DNA of 64,000 nucleotides from a bacterium. Its GTDB lineage: Archaea > Thermoplasmatota > E2 > JACPAO01 > JAHFTW01. The stretch is taken from NCBI GenBank assembly GCA_040390065.1, contig JAZJZE010000005.1, positions 181,160 through 245,159 of the forward strand, written 5' to 3'. Position numbers and translations under genes: made by a program. Below the pieces are notes generated by a model. It saw only the letters and a program-made list of their open reading frames with translations, had not been told where the DNA came from and did no database searches. This document shows positions 51,395 through 61,440 of this stretch, piece after piece (within the stretch, counting starts at the first letter, position 1; each line of letters opens with the position of its first letter).

Positions 51395-52798
51395 ATGGCA
51401 CGACTGGCGCCCTTAGCGCTTCTTTTCCTCTTCTTCACCCCGGCGACGGTCCAGGCAGAAGTCCCGGCCTTGAGCGCGAACGAAGTGCGGGTCGAGGGCA
51501 TTGGTGGCATGGAGGTCGACTTCGCCGGAGCCTACCTCGATGCCGTACCATTGCTCAATCCGGCGTTGGTCACCCTCGTCGCAGACACGGGTCAGATGAC
51601 TCTCACTGAAGCGACGATGGACATCTATGCAGGCCAGATCGGTCTTACCCCTGCCAAGCAATCCAATTACACCACTGCTCTGAGGGGGGCTACTGCGACG
51701 TCTTTTGAGCCATATTCCGGAGTGAGGCTCATCCTTGTCGGGGAGCCATCAGGGACCCGTGCCCATGCTGAGGCCGCGGACCTAAATGCCGTGCCCGCGC
51801 CAAATAGTCGCGAATTCCGGGCCCGAGCCGCAGCGGGCGGCTGGACGGTTCCCAGTGCAGGTGGAGTTGCGCTGCAGGGGGACTACAATTCGACTATTAC
51901 CATTGTCGGCTCTTTCCGCTTCATTGTATGGGACGCGACGTTCACCCTGAAAAATTCCACGGGAAACTACGCCGTGCGAACGGGGACAGTTGATGAGCCG
52001 GTTGCCGGCTTGCCTTCCGGTCCTGTTTCTCGACACGTTCAGCGCGAGGCGGTCTTCGACATCATCGAGGGCGCGGTGACGCTCCCGCGACAGGTGGGAC
52101 TGCAGCTATTTGCATCCAGCGTGAAGGTCGATTTGGAGTCAGGCCACATACAGGTTGGAAACCCATCAGGCATCAATCCTGTCGATGGAGGGGAAATCGC
52201 ATCAGGCAGCAAGATCTTGGACCTAGTCGCGCCGTTTTCCATGACCTTGCAGGGTCGGGGCGATTCCTTGGCGCTTGCCTTCCCGATTGCCCCAACGGCC
52301 GCCGAACTCGACGGTCGAGCTGTCCGCGTCCCCAGCAGTTCTCCACATTGGTTCGGGTTCGGCGTGCTAGCGCTGGTGGCCATTCCGGCGGCCCTCGCCG
52401 CGGGAGCCAGAGCGCAGAACGCGCGCCGCCTACGAACCCTCGACCGCCTCATGGTGAGCCGGGAATCGGGCCAGGCCATTACCCTGGCAAGAGCCATCCG
52501 GAAGCGCCATCCTCGCGGGGAAGAGGCGCTTGTCGCCGAGGCGATTGGCCTTGTGCGCCAACAGCAGTTCGGCGCCGCTTCCAAGCTTCTTGAGGAGGGC
52601 GCCTGGACGGGCGCACTGCAGCCCCTGAGAGACTATCTCCGTGCGTGCGCCGCCGTTGGCCAGGGGCGCCGGCCTGCTGCGGTGAAAGCCTTGCGGGCTT
52701 GCCTTGCCTCGGCGCCGGAGATGCGGGCGGATGCGTCGGCGAATCCCCTGCTGTTCGGCATTCTGGATGAGGCCCGGCGCGGCACGTCCGAGGCATAG
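51395..52798 (+). CDS. single-pass membrane protein: extracellular beta domain, TM, cytoplasmic TPR-like region
   Basis: Signal peptide; TM WFGFGVLALVAIPAALAAG; TPR-like helices (YLRACAAVGQGR..AAVKALRACL…P). Confidence 0.72.
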   Translation: MARLAPLALLFLFFTPATVQAEVPALSANEVRVEGIGGMEVDFAGAYLDAVPLLNPALVTLVADTGQMTLTEATMDIYAGQIGLTPAKQSNYTTALRGATATSFEPYSGVRLILVGEPSGTRAHAEAADLNAVPAPNSREFRARAAAGGWTVPSAGGVALQGDYNSTITIVGSFRFIVWDATFTLKNSTGNYAVRTGTVDEPVAGLPSGPVSRHVQREAVFDIIEGAVTLPRQVGLQLFASSVKVDLESGHIQVGNPSGINPVDGGEIASGSKILDLVAPFSMTLQGRGDSLALAFPIAPTAAELDGRAVRVPSSSPHWFGFGVLALVAIPAALAAGARAQNARRLRTLDRLMVSRESGQAITLARAIRKRHPRGEEALVAEAIGLVRQQQFGAASKLLEEGAWTGALQPLRDYLRACAAVGQGRRPAAVKALRACLASAPEMRADASANPLLFGILDEARRGTSEA

Positions 52799-52809
52799 GG
52801 GCTCGCCCC

Positions 52810-53250
52810 GTGCAACGTAACGGCGCCCAGACCCGACAGCGAATCCTTACCGCCCTACGCGACCGGCCAGGAATCAACAAAGCTCAACTTCGCCGCCAGA
52901 CCGGCCTTGCGTGGACCACCGTCTCCTACCACCTGCACGTCCTACACAAAGGAGGATTTGTCCAATTCGAGCGCAAGCGCGGCGCCATCCAGTGTTTCCC
53001 AATAGGCATCCCCGCTCGCTTCCGGCCGTGGCTTGCCCTCCTGCAGGACGCGGGCGCCTGCAGGGTCCTCGATGCCCTTGCGCAGGGTCGCCAAAGTGTA
53101 GCGCAGATCTCGACCAAGACAGGACTCTCGCAGCCCGCGGTCCGCCGGCATCTCCAACGCATGTTGACAACGGGAGTGGTCCGGCAACACGGAACCTTCC
53201 GACCGCGCTTCTCCACCGACATCCAGGAAGCCAAGGGAATTCCCCGCTGA
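52810..53250 (+). CDS. double winged-HTH transcriptional regulator
   Basis: RQRILTALRDRPGI…LAWTTVSYHLHVL and ISTKTGLSQPAVRRHLQRM. Confidence 0.82.
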   Translation: MQRNGAQTRQRILTALRDRPGINKAQLRRQTGLAWTTVSYHLHVLHKGGFVQFERKRGAIQCFPIGIPARFRPWLALLQDAGACRVLDALAQGRQSVAQISTKTGLSQPAVRRHLQRMLTTGVVRQHGTFRPRFSTDIQEAKGIPR

Positions 53251-53429
53251 GGCGCGGTCTCATTCCCCGGCACAGCGGATTTGCATTAGCGACTAGACGG
53301 CAGGCAACGGCGATTCCTTCAACGACGTTGGAATTCTATCCGTACGCATGTGCGGCTCAGAACGGCATCTCACGAGAGAGCCCAGGTTTCGAAACCGATT
53401 TTCGGGCGGCCCGCGAATGGGGGTAGGCC

Positions 53430-54821
53430 ATGCCTGAGTCGCCCACGCGCGAATTGATCAAGGAGGAACGGAAGCACCTCCACCAGGCGCAGGAGGAATC
53501 CATGAAGCATCCCGATGCACCGGGCGCTCAGTTGGCTGCGGGCCATGCCGAGGGCCAAATGCGTCGCGCCATCACGATTCGCCACTACGAACAGGTCCTC
53601 GATGCGGCCCTAAGCAACATGCCCCTGGACCGCTTGTTGCCCCTCATCCTGTCCCGGGTCCGCACCCTTCTTGAATGCGACGCCGTGACTGTGTTCCTCC
53701 TGGATGCGGACGGCAAGGACCTTTACGCGACGGCCAGCGTCGGGCTGGAACAGGCAGTGGACGTCGCGATCAGGATTCCCCTAGGCGAAGGCATTGCTGG
53801 CGCCGTCATGTCGTCAGGTGCGTCGCAGACATTGTACGACGTCAACGCGGCCACCGTCGCGAATCCCTTGCTGGTCGGAATGGGAATCAAGTCCCTCGTC
53901 GCCGTGCCAATCGGCGTCGGCGGGCGACCCATAGGAGTCCTCACCGCCGGCTGCCTTAGCGGTCGCAAGTTCGAGGCGGAAGAAGTGCGACTCCTCGAGG
54001 TAGTGGCGGAGCGCGTTGGCCTCGCCATCGACCGCACGCGCATCCTGGAACTCGTGCACGTGGAGCGGGAAAAGGCTGAGCGGGCAAGCCGGTTCAAGAC
54101 CACGCTCATGCACATGGCCACCCATGACATCAAGACGCCTTTGACGACCATGAAGCTGCAACTGGCGCTGTTCAAGATGCCCGGGGCCACGCCCGAGAGC
54201 ATGGCCAAGGCCGTCGCAATCGTCGACCGAAGTATCACTCGCCTTGAGATGATCCTCGACGACTTCTTGGACCTGGCCCGCATCGAGGCAGGCAAATTCA
54301 CTCTTAACGTCCAGCCGGTCGACCTTCGCGCCGTTGCTGACGAAGTCGTCCAGATGTTCGCGCCCCAAGCAGCCTTGAAGGGCGTGGAGCTCCGTATTAC
54401 GGGTGACTCCGTCATTCTGGATGCGGACGAACGACGTCTGACGCAAGTGATCGTGAACCTCGTCAGCAACGCCATCCGTTACACGAACCACGGTTCCGTG
54501 GATATTCGCGTCGGGCACAAGGACGCCGCGGCACACGTCGTGGTAGAATCCGCCCAATTGGTCGTCCAGGACACGGGTCGAGGCATGAACCGCGAACAAC
54601 TCGATCGCCTCTTCGAACCATTCGGCCAAGTCCACGAAGGCCGCCAGCAGGGAAGCGGACTTGGCCTACACCTGTCCAAAGTCATCGTGGATGCGCACGG
54701 TGGAACCATCCGCATCGAAAGCCCAGGCCCCGAACAAGGGGCCACCGTCACGATTGAACTCCCAATGAAGCGTCCCGCAGGGGCTGGGGCCGGCCCCGTC
54801 ATTCACCCTGACCTCGTCTGA
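53430..54821 (+). CDS. GAF sensor histidine kinase
   Basis: GAF (GEGIAG…SLVAVPI), ATHDIKTPL, NLVSNAIRYT, GSGLGL. Confidence 0.92.
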   Translation: MPESPTRELIKEERKHLHQAQEESMKHPDAPGAQLAAGHAEGQMRRAITIRHYEQVLDAALSNMPLDRLLPLILSRVRTLLECDAVTVFLLDADGKDLYATASVGLEQAVDVAIRIPLGEGIAGAVMSSGASQTLYDVNAATVANPLLVGMGIKSLVAVPIGVGGRPIGVLTAGCLSGRKFEAEEVRLLEVVAERVGLAIDRTRILELVHVEREKAERASRFKTTLMHMATHDIKTPLTTMKLQLALFKMPGATPESMAKAVAIVDRSITRLEMILDDFLDLARIEAGKFTLNVQPVDLRAVADEVVQMFAPQAALKGVELRITGDSVILDADERRLTQVIVNLVSNAIRYTNHGSVDIRVGHKDAAAHVVVESAQLVVQDTGRGMNREQLDRLFEPFGQVHEGRQQGSGLGLHLSKVIVDAHGGTIRIESPGPEQGATVTIELPMKRPAGAGAGPVIHPDLV

Positions 54822-54908
54822 AGGCGCAAGGTGGCTTGATGAGAGGCTACCGATCTCGGAGACCAAGTCCCCCGTACCAAATTCAATCGCTCGGTGGGCA
54901 ACGCGGAC

Positions 54909-56351
54909 CTATGGCGGAGAAGTGAGGAACGGGATGAACCTGACGTTCCACGTGACGTTGTCACCGTGGCCGCCTGCGCCGACGGGGGGCGATGGGGCGG
55001 CCGACCCCGGGCCCACGTAGACTTGGGGGCCGTCCCCGCTTCCCCACCAGTTGCCCGTGCAGTCGGCAGCGGAAGAAGCGTAGATAGCGGTCACCGCGTA
55101 GGGAACGTTCTTGGAAAAACTGGAGCCATGTACGGCCAGCGTCAGTTGCGTGGCTTCCTCTGCCAGGAGGGGCGATGGCTGCCACACCAGGCCTCCATAA
55201 AACTGGACGGGGGATGTCAGGGGACCTGGAAATGTGGTCGCATTCGGGTCCGGCCATCCGCGGCCGTTGTTCGTGAAGCGGACGGACGTTACGTCAACGT
55301 TCAGAAACTTGGCTTGCACTCCCGCATAGGTCATGTTGGCGACCGTCCCCTGGGCCAGCGAGAGAGAAACCCGGCCGGTGGAGTCACCTTGGACATGTAG
55401 CCCATATTGTGCACGGTTCAGGGTAAAATTGGAGAGTGCCATGCTATACCCATACCTGACGTCAATCGTCGCCTGGCCGCCGCTTGCGGCAAATCCGTTC
55501 AACTTGATGGTCTTGGCGTCATCAAGGCGAAGTGCCCCCTGCGAGCATTCCGACGTGTCTAGCGAAACGGCCTCGAAAGATGATGGGGCTTGAGCCTGGT
55601 CTCGGAACGGAACCTGTGACTGGATGATGGCCGATTCATCGCACTGGATTCGGACGTGATGGGCGGTCCCGCTGTGGAATCGACCTTCATAGGCCACCCG
55701 GTATCCGGCAATCTGCATGTGATCGAGGACCAAGGTGTCCAGTTGAGAGCCATGGGTGTTCATGGCCCATCCGACACTTGCGCGGCTCGCGACCAAAGTT
55801 GAGTCGTGGATCGCGACGGTTCCCATGGTGCTATTGGCGATTTCAATGGCATACGCGGGGTCCCGAACGAATATTGCTGGCCCCGTGACTGTTTGGCCAT
55901 CAGGGTCGGAAGCGGTCAAAGGGCCACGGGTGACGTTGCCCTGCCCCCAGGTAGAAAAGGACGAGCCGCGAACTACAATGTTGCCAGTGTAGTGGGACGC
56001 CTGTAGTCCCACCCATTGGGCGGAAACGGTTGTGTTGTCAATCGAAAGGGTACAAGATGGGCAACCACCGCTAACCTCGATGCCGAAGGTTGCTCCTTCA
56101 ATTTTCGAATCGCGGATTTGGACGCTCCGGGCGCTTTGGATTCGAATAGCAGGTCCGGCCGTGCCATTGGGTTTGTACACGGTGAGTCCGCCGATTACGA
56201 GGACCACCCCGCTTTCATGGCAGTGCCCCTCCAGGTTTGAAGGGCACGCGTCGTTCACAGTGTAGTTCTGATCCTGGGGCGTCGTGGCACAACCCGACAG
56301 GGTGGCCGCCGCTAGGAGGAGGAAGATGGAGAAGGTGGAAAGGGACTTCAT
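54909..56351 (-). CDS. lipoprotein with right-handed beta-helix (pectin-lyase-like) repeats
   Basis: Lipobox LSGC; repeated I/V-x-N/D-S-T/S turns; C-terminal GNWWGSGDGP. Confidence 0.75.
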   Translation of the reverse strand: MKSLSTFSIFLLLAAATLSGCATTPQDQNYTVNDACPSNLEGHCHESGVVLVIGGLTVYKPNGTAGPAIRIQSARSVQIRDSKIEGATFGIEVSGGCPSCTLSIDNTTVSAQWVGLQASHYTGNIVVRGSSFSTWGQGNVTRGPLTASDPDGQTVTGPAIFVRDPAYAIEIANSTMGTVAIHDSTLVASRASVGWAMNTHGSQLDTLVLDHMQIAGYRVAYEGRFHSGTAHHVRIQCDESAIIQSQVPFRDQAQAPSSFEAVSLDTSECSQGALRLDDAKTIKLNGFAASGGQATIDVRYGYSMALSNFTLNRAQYGLHVQGDSTGRVSLSLAQGTVANMTYAGVQAKFLNVDVTSVRFTNNGRGWPDPNATTFPGPLTSPVQFYGGLVWQPSPLLAEEATQLTLAVHGSSFSKNVPYAVTAIYASSAADCTGNWWGSGDGPQVYVGPGSAAPSPPVGAGGHGDNVTWNVRFIPFLTSPP

Positions 56352-57683
56352 GACGGGCCTACGTGTAAGATGGTTGCAGGCGTGCACGGGGTGTTGGAGG
56401 CGTTTGCCTTGACCGTGCCCAGCCCGGTGTACGGGTTCATCTCGTTCCAGGACTGCGCACGCTCCGGCTGCACGCCAAGGTTCACCAAATTGGGTGCCTG
56501 CGTCGCGGCTCCAAGAACATTTCCGTGTCCGCTGAAGCTGGAGGTGCCGACGCCGATTGCAGGGTTCGCGCAGCCATTCATTTGCACCCCGTCGTACCCG
56601 CATGCCTCCAACCGGTGGTCCTTCACGGGGCAGTTGGTCAAAAACCTGCCTGTGCCTCCGCTCTCCGCCGGGGTGGTGGCTACTACATTCGTGCCGCAGT
56701 CCTCGTACTGCGCGACAGCCCACACGGTTCGGGCGACTCCGCCATGACCGGTCGCGATGATGCTCCAGTCGACGGTGCAACTCCAAGTGTACCAAGTGTC
56801 GAGTGGTAGGGTGGTTTGGGCGGTTACCTTCATCTTCACTGGACCGACATCGAAGCCGGCCTCGACGCCGACCGCCAATTCGTGGGTATAGGTGCTACCG
56901 GTGCAGATTGGCTTCCGGATGGTGGTCGTGGCTTGCGCGAGGACCCCCCCGATTTCATGGCAATGCCCCTCTAGGTTTGAAGGGCACGCGTCGTTCACAG
57001 TGTAGTTCCGATACTGGGGCGTCGTGGCACGACCCGCTAGTGCGGCCGCCCCAACCAAGAGCCAAATGGAGAAGGGGGGAAGGGAGTTCATGGCGCACCT
57101 AGGTGTATGAGATGGTCGCAGGTGTGCACGGGTGGTTCGAGGCGTTGGCGACTACCGTGCCAAGCCCAGTGTAGGGGTTCATCTCGTTCCAGGCCTGCGC
57201 ATTCTCCGGCTCCACGCACAGGTTGACCGACATTGGCGCTTGCGTTGCGGCCCCGAGAACATTTCCGTGTCCGCTGAAGCTGGAGGTCCCGACATACACG
57301 GACGGGTTTGCGCAACCGTTGGCAGCTAGCCCGTCGTAGCCGCATGCCGCTTGCCTGTGGTCCTTCAGGGGACAGGGCTGGGTCAGCAACATGCCCGGGC
57401 CGGCGCTGCCGGCAGGCGTGGTGGCTGCGACGTTGGTGCCGCAGTCTTCGTAGTATGCGATGGCCCAGACAGTCCGGGCAACTCCACCCCAGCCGGTGGC
57501 GACGATTCCCCAATCGACGGTGCAGCTCCAGGTGTACCACGTATCGACGGGGAGCGTAGTCTTCAGGCTCACGCCCATGGCGATGGGCCCCACCTTGAAG
57601 CCGGTCTCGACTCCAAGCTCCACTTCGTGGGTGTACGTCTTTCCAGTGCAGGTCGGGCTCCCCAGAGTCGTCGTGGCCTGCGC
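56198..57683. repeat. diverged tandem duplication of ~740 bp (56198-56938 / 56938-57683)
   Basis: Shared blocks such as ggtttgaagggcacgcgtcgttcacagtgtagttc and gaacatttccgtgtccgctgaagctggaggt recur at a ~740-750 bp offset. Confidence 0.85.
56348..57091 (-). CDS. chimeric secreted Cys-rich protein
   Basis: First ~51 aa match the downstream lipoprotein N-terminus; the rest matches the C-terminal domain of the upstream gene. Confidence 0.75.
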   Translation of the reverse strand: MNSLPPFSIWLLVGAAALAGRATTPQYRNYTVNDACPSNLEGHCHEIGGVLAQATTTIRKPICTGSTYTHELAVGVEAGFDVGPVKMKVTAQTTLPLDTWYTWSCTVDWSIIATGHGGVARTVWAVAQYEDCGTNVVATTPAESGGTGRFLTNCPVKDHRLEACGYDGVQMNGCANPAIGVGTSSFSGHGNVLGAATQAPNLVNLGVQPERAQSWNEMNPYTGLGTVKANASNTPCTPATILHVGPS

Positions 57684-58319
57684 ATGCGGGGCGGAGGGGC
57701 TTAGTCCCTGGACGCAGAAGACCACCTGGTTTACGAAGGCTGGGTCCGTGGGCCAGCCAAGGGAGTTGTAGCAGGAGCAAGCCGCATCGACGGTACCCGA
57801 GGGATAGAGAGCGCAAACGCAGTTCACAGTCTCAGTCACAATGGGGTTGGGAAGCGAAACGCACGGAATCGATGGGACCGGGGGCAGGCAAAGCGCCACC
57901 TGGGCCGCCGACTGTTGTTGTGCCAGGGCCAGGCCCGGAGTCCATTGGCCGGTCGCGGTGTCAAAACGCTGGATGACGGATGTCGCCTGGCAGGACTTCC
58001 AAGGACCACAGTAAGGGGTCAGCGATTTTGCCGTCTTTGTCTCCCCAGGCGCAGTAGTGAATGCGTCTGTCGTAGATTGCGAACCAGAGCTCGTGGAGTC
58101 CGTCCAGTCGATCTTCGTAGTGACCTTCCAGTCGGTTGATGCGGTGTCACTTCCAGACGCGGTTGCCGTCCAGTCGGCGCCCGTTGTGTTTGGACCGCAC
58201 TTCGTAGCGGGCAGAGCTTTTGCGGTTCCGGAAGGCGCGATAAGGGCGTCAATCTGGGGCGTGACTAGCACGGCGGTCGCCACGAGAATTATGGCGATGG
58301 CGCGAATTTGTTTCAACAT
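57099..58319 (-). CDS. secreted Cys/Thr-rich protein
   Basis: Signal peptide MLKQIRAIAIILVATAVLV; many Cys; GGTGA SD. Confidence 0.75.
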   Translation of the reverse strand: MLKQIRAIAIILVATAVLVTPQIDALIAPSGTAKALPATKCGPNTTGADWTATASGSDTASTDWKVTTKIDWTDSTSSGSQSTTDAFTTAPGETKTAKSLTPYCGPWKSCQATSVIQRFDTATGQWTPGLALAQQQSAAQVALCLPPVPSIPCVSLPNPIVTETVNCVCALYPSGTVDAACSCYNSLGWPTDPAFVNQVVFCVQGLSPSAPHAQATTTLGSPTCTGKTYTHEVELGVETGFKVGPIAMGVSLKTTLPVDTWYTWSCTVDWGIVATGWGGVARTVWAIAYYEDCGTNVAATTPAGSAGPGMLLTQPCPLKDHRQAACGYDGLAANGCANPSVYVGTSSFSGHGNVLGAATQAPMSVNLCVEPENAQAWNEMNPYTGLGTVVANASNHPCTPATISYT

Positions 58320-58497
58320 TTTTTCACCAAGCCCCCGTTGGAGGGGGCAGGCGCAACGAGATGGCGGCGCTTGATAACCGGCGGAGTGCATTTCCCGGCC
58401 GATGCCCGCGACCGAAAAATTCCGGTGCAGACAAGGCTTAGATAGGGGGACGGGCGTGGTGAAAACGTCGACCCATCTCGATGGGGAGAGTTTTCCT

Positions 58498-58890
58498 TTG
58501 AAGGCCACTTTACTTGCATCGTTGTGTGTGTTATCCGCCTTCCTCGTGTCCCCCGCTCCAGTTTCGGCCGGCGTCGGTCCGTGTGACCACTTTAACGATG
58601 ATGGTGCTGAAGCAATTTACACCGCGTGCCTCCAAGCCATGAGTGCGATCGAACGGTGTCAGGACCCGCCGGTAGGCACGCCGCTCACCTGCGTCCAGGC
58701 CCTCCTCGCCTCGTACATCAATGCCGGTTATGACGCGACGCCTCTTACACAGTACGTTGAGCTACCGCAGACCGGTCACGATGTCATCATGGTAAACATC
58801 CCGGATGAGGGTAAGGGCGGCGGTGGCGGCCATTGGTTCGCCTGTGTTGGCACGAGTACCCGTGCGCAGTGCCCAGCCGGCATCCTGTGA
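58498..58890 (+). CDS. small secreted Cys-rich protein
   Basis: TTG start after ggggag; signal peptide …APVSA; 6 Cys in mature part. Confidence 0.6.
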   Translation: MKATLLASLCVLSAFLVSPAPVSAGVGPCDHFNDDGAEAIYTACLQAMSAIERCQDPPVGTPLTCVQALLASYINAGYDATPLTQYVELPQTGHDVIMVNIPDEGKGGGGGHWFACVGTSTRAQCPAGIL

Positions 58891-58897
58891 GGTCTCA

Positions 58898-59758
58898 ATG
58901 CTCCGCATCGCTACGTTCGCGTTGGCGGTCTTGATTGCCGGCTGTTCGTCGGCGCCCACCAGCAGCGAATCCTCGAGTGGCGGGGGCTCGGCGACGACTA
59001 CGGGCCATTCTACGACGGACATGGCCAATACAACCACATCGAGCGAGTTGCCGGTCTTGCCAATTGGACTCGTGGGCAGCGACTGCCAAGGGCTGGTATC
59101 GAATGCAAAGTGGCCCCTCAATACCGGCCCAGGCACGGCCCCACCGGATTGGGATCCCTCTCCCCATGAATCAACGGAAGTCTACACAGAATGGGAGACT
59201 TGCGCCCGAATACGCGTCGGCCCCTATGAGCGCCCCCTCTCCATCGTGATTGAAGGCCACGACCAGGCCGAGGCCCCTCCGAAATGTGCCGAGGGAAACC
59301 ACAACCTGATTTTCATTCTCAACAGCTTCTGGGTGAACGACACCGCCGTAGCGAGTTGGCTGCGGTCGACCTACCACATGCCAACCATCGCCGGCCCCAT
59401 CACCATGACGATTGCTGCCGGAGCCGCTCTCGAGACGCACGAATGGAGATGGCGTCCGGAGAACGCTACCGTCGAGAGCGTCGTTTCCTTCAACAGCACT
59501 GGACAGGCGGGAGCTCCCAGCGCCTACATCCTGCGCGTTGCATGGCCAAACGGCCAAGGCATCACCTACATGGACTTCAAAGAGACCTACTCGGTCCCGC
59601 CTGACGTTCAGGTTGTCACGGGCCGCATGGAGCCACCCATGCTGTACCCCACCGGGCGACCCAATCCGTACGTTGGCCAGGGTGAACTTCAATCCAACGT
59701 ATCGATTGAAACAGAACTCCACGCTTTCAAGGATTTCAAATGCGAGCAGCCGCTCTAG
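58898..59758 (+). CDS. lipoprotein
   Basis: Lipobox IAGC, Ser/Thr linker, globular domain; gaggt RBS. Confidence 0.72.
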   Translation: MLRIATFALAVLIAGCSSAPTSSESSSGGGSATTTGHSTTDMANTTTSSELPVLPIGLVGSDCQGLVSNAKWPLNTGPGTAPPDWDPSPHESTEVYTEWETCARIRVGPYERPLSIVIEGHDQAEAPPKCAEGNHNLIFILNSFWVNDTAVASWLRSTYHMPTIAGPITMTIAAGAALETHEWRWRPENATVESVVSFNSTGQAGAPSAYILRVAWPNGQGITYMDFKETYSVPPDVQVVTGRMEPPMLYPTGRPNPYVGQGELQSNVSIETELHAFKDFKCEQPL

Positions 59759-61239
59759 CATTAGTCGCAGTCCTTGCAGCGGCCCCTTCAGTCGCAGCAG
59801 GTCACGACGTCTCCTTCTTCAGCCCCGCCCAACTGGGCGGCGAAATCACTGTTCACAACGCCACGTGGGTTTTCGTTATTCTGGAGACCGGCCAGGGCCA
59901 TGGAACGGTGACATGGCCGTCAGCTGCCGTTAGCAACAGGACCCAGCCCATCGCGGTCCGAATCGACCAATCCCCAATTGTGACGTGGACCGGAAACCCC
60001 GGCGAGCCGCGGTACGACAATTGGACCAGCGGACCCACCACCAGCCAACTGGGTTTCGGCGCCCGCGGAAGCGCGCACCTTCTCATTGAGGCCGATTCCA
60101 TCGAGATGACGGCGAGCGCCGATGCCTCGTTGTTTGTGCCAGCCGAGTTATCCATGGGCAGGATGATTTCTCACCGAGAGTACACGAATTTCGTCGACCA
60201 TCAGGCGCCCACCGGGACGATTGCCCTTGCCGATGCCTCGGCTCAAGACATTCGGATTGTGGCGCATGGCTTGCGCTATGTCCAGTGGGCGGGTGCAAGC
60301 GTCAATTGCTCCAACCCGGTGTCACGGTGCCCTGATGGGGGAGGCCAACGCGAATATGCGGCTTCGCCGACGGGCATTCACTCCTACGAGATGTCGCTCG
60401 AGGAAATTCAAACGCAAGGCGGTGCGTTGACCTTTGACATCCCGAGAGCAAACGCCGTCGTGGGCGGCGCAAGTGAATCCATCGCGATTCGGGGCTGGGC
60501 CCGCCTCCCGTCGGCCACAACCTCCGGACCCTGCAACCCTTGTAGCGATGGAACGGTGACCCTTGAGGGGAACTCCACGCTGTCGGATCTCCGGCGGGTC
60601 GATGAACGTCACATCAGGGGTAGCGTTTCCCAGCAGGACGGGCACGCGTTCGTCGACGAGAGCAACGTGCCGTTGTTCCGTGATGGGCCCGCGTCAACGG
60701 TGGCACTTGCCACGGGTGCGGCGGTAGTTGGACTCATCGGGGCATGGAAGTTCCTGGCTTGGCTTCTGTCCAGGCCTGTCCTTGAGAGTTCGCGCCGACA
60801 ACGCATCTATTCCTTCATCCAGGAGAATCCGGGCGCGAATTTCCGAGAGATAGCCAACGCCCTTTCCCTTCATCAAGGAAATCTGTCCCGCCATCTCCTG
60901 ATTTTGGCCCGAGCAGATTTGGTGGTTCAGCATCGGTCCGCCAACTCAGTCCGCTTCTTTGAGAACCACGGAAAATTCGACGTAACGTGGCGCGAAACGG
61001 CCCTCCTTAGGGACGAAAGGAATCGAACCCTACTTGATGTGGTTGAAAGCCTTGGCCCGAGTACGCAAGGGGACATCGTCCGCGCAATGGCCGCACGGGG
61101 GTTCGGTCGGAGCGCCGTTCAGGATCGCTTGTACACGCTCGAAAAAGCCGGGTTGGTTACCCAGGAACGAAGAGGCAGGGCAACGGCTTACTCCACGCCT
61201 CAGAAATTGGCCGGCAAGCCCATTACGGTTACGCGCTGA
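59740..61239 (+). CDS. membrane-anchored regulator: extracellular domain, TM, cytoplasmic double wHTH
   Basis: Signal peptide; TM ALATGAAVVGLIGAWKFLAWLL; RQRIYSFIQENPGANFREIANAL…LSRHLLIL and SAVQDRLYTLEKAGLV. Confidence 0.82.
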   Translation: MRAAALALVAVLAAAPSVAAGHDVSFFSPAQLGGEITVHNATWVFVILETGQGHGTVTWPSAAVSNRTQPIAVRIDQSPIVTWTGNPGEPRYDNWTSGPTTSQLGFGARGSAHLLIEADSIEMTASADASLFVPAELSMGRMISHREYTNFVDHQAPTGTIALADASAQDIRIVAHGLRYVQWAGASVNCSNPVSRCPDGGGQREYAASPTGIHSYEMSLEEIQTQGGALTFDIPRANAVVGGASESIAIRGWARLPSATTSGPCNPCSDGTVTLEGNSTLSDLRRVDERHIRGSVSQQDGHAFVDESNVPLFRDGPASTVALATGAAVVGLIGAWKFLAWLLSRPVLESSRRQRIYSFIQENPGANFREIANALSLHQGNLSRHLLILARADLVVQHRSANSVRFFENHGKFDVTWRETALLRDERNRTLLDVVESLGPSTQGDIVRAMAARGFGRSAVQDRLYTLEKAGLVTQERRGRATAYSTPQKLAGKPITVTR

Positions 61240-61440
61240 CGGGCCGCGATTCGAGATTTCAGATTATTGGCCGCCCGCTGCCCGGGCGCGTGGCATCCCG
61301 AATAGGCCAGAACTTTGCTCCCTAGAGGTTGGCGCATGTCCAACGTCGCACCGCGCTGCAGAAGCCTACCAACGCCTCCGTCCCGGCCATCGCGGGGCGC
61401 GCCCGCCTCCGGTCCGGGGCGGCCGCGCCCGGGAAAGTGC

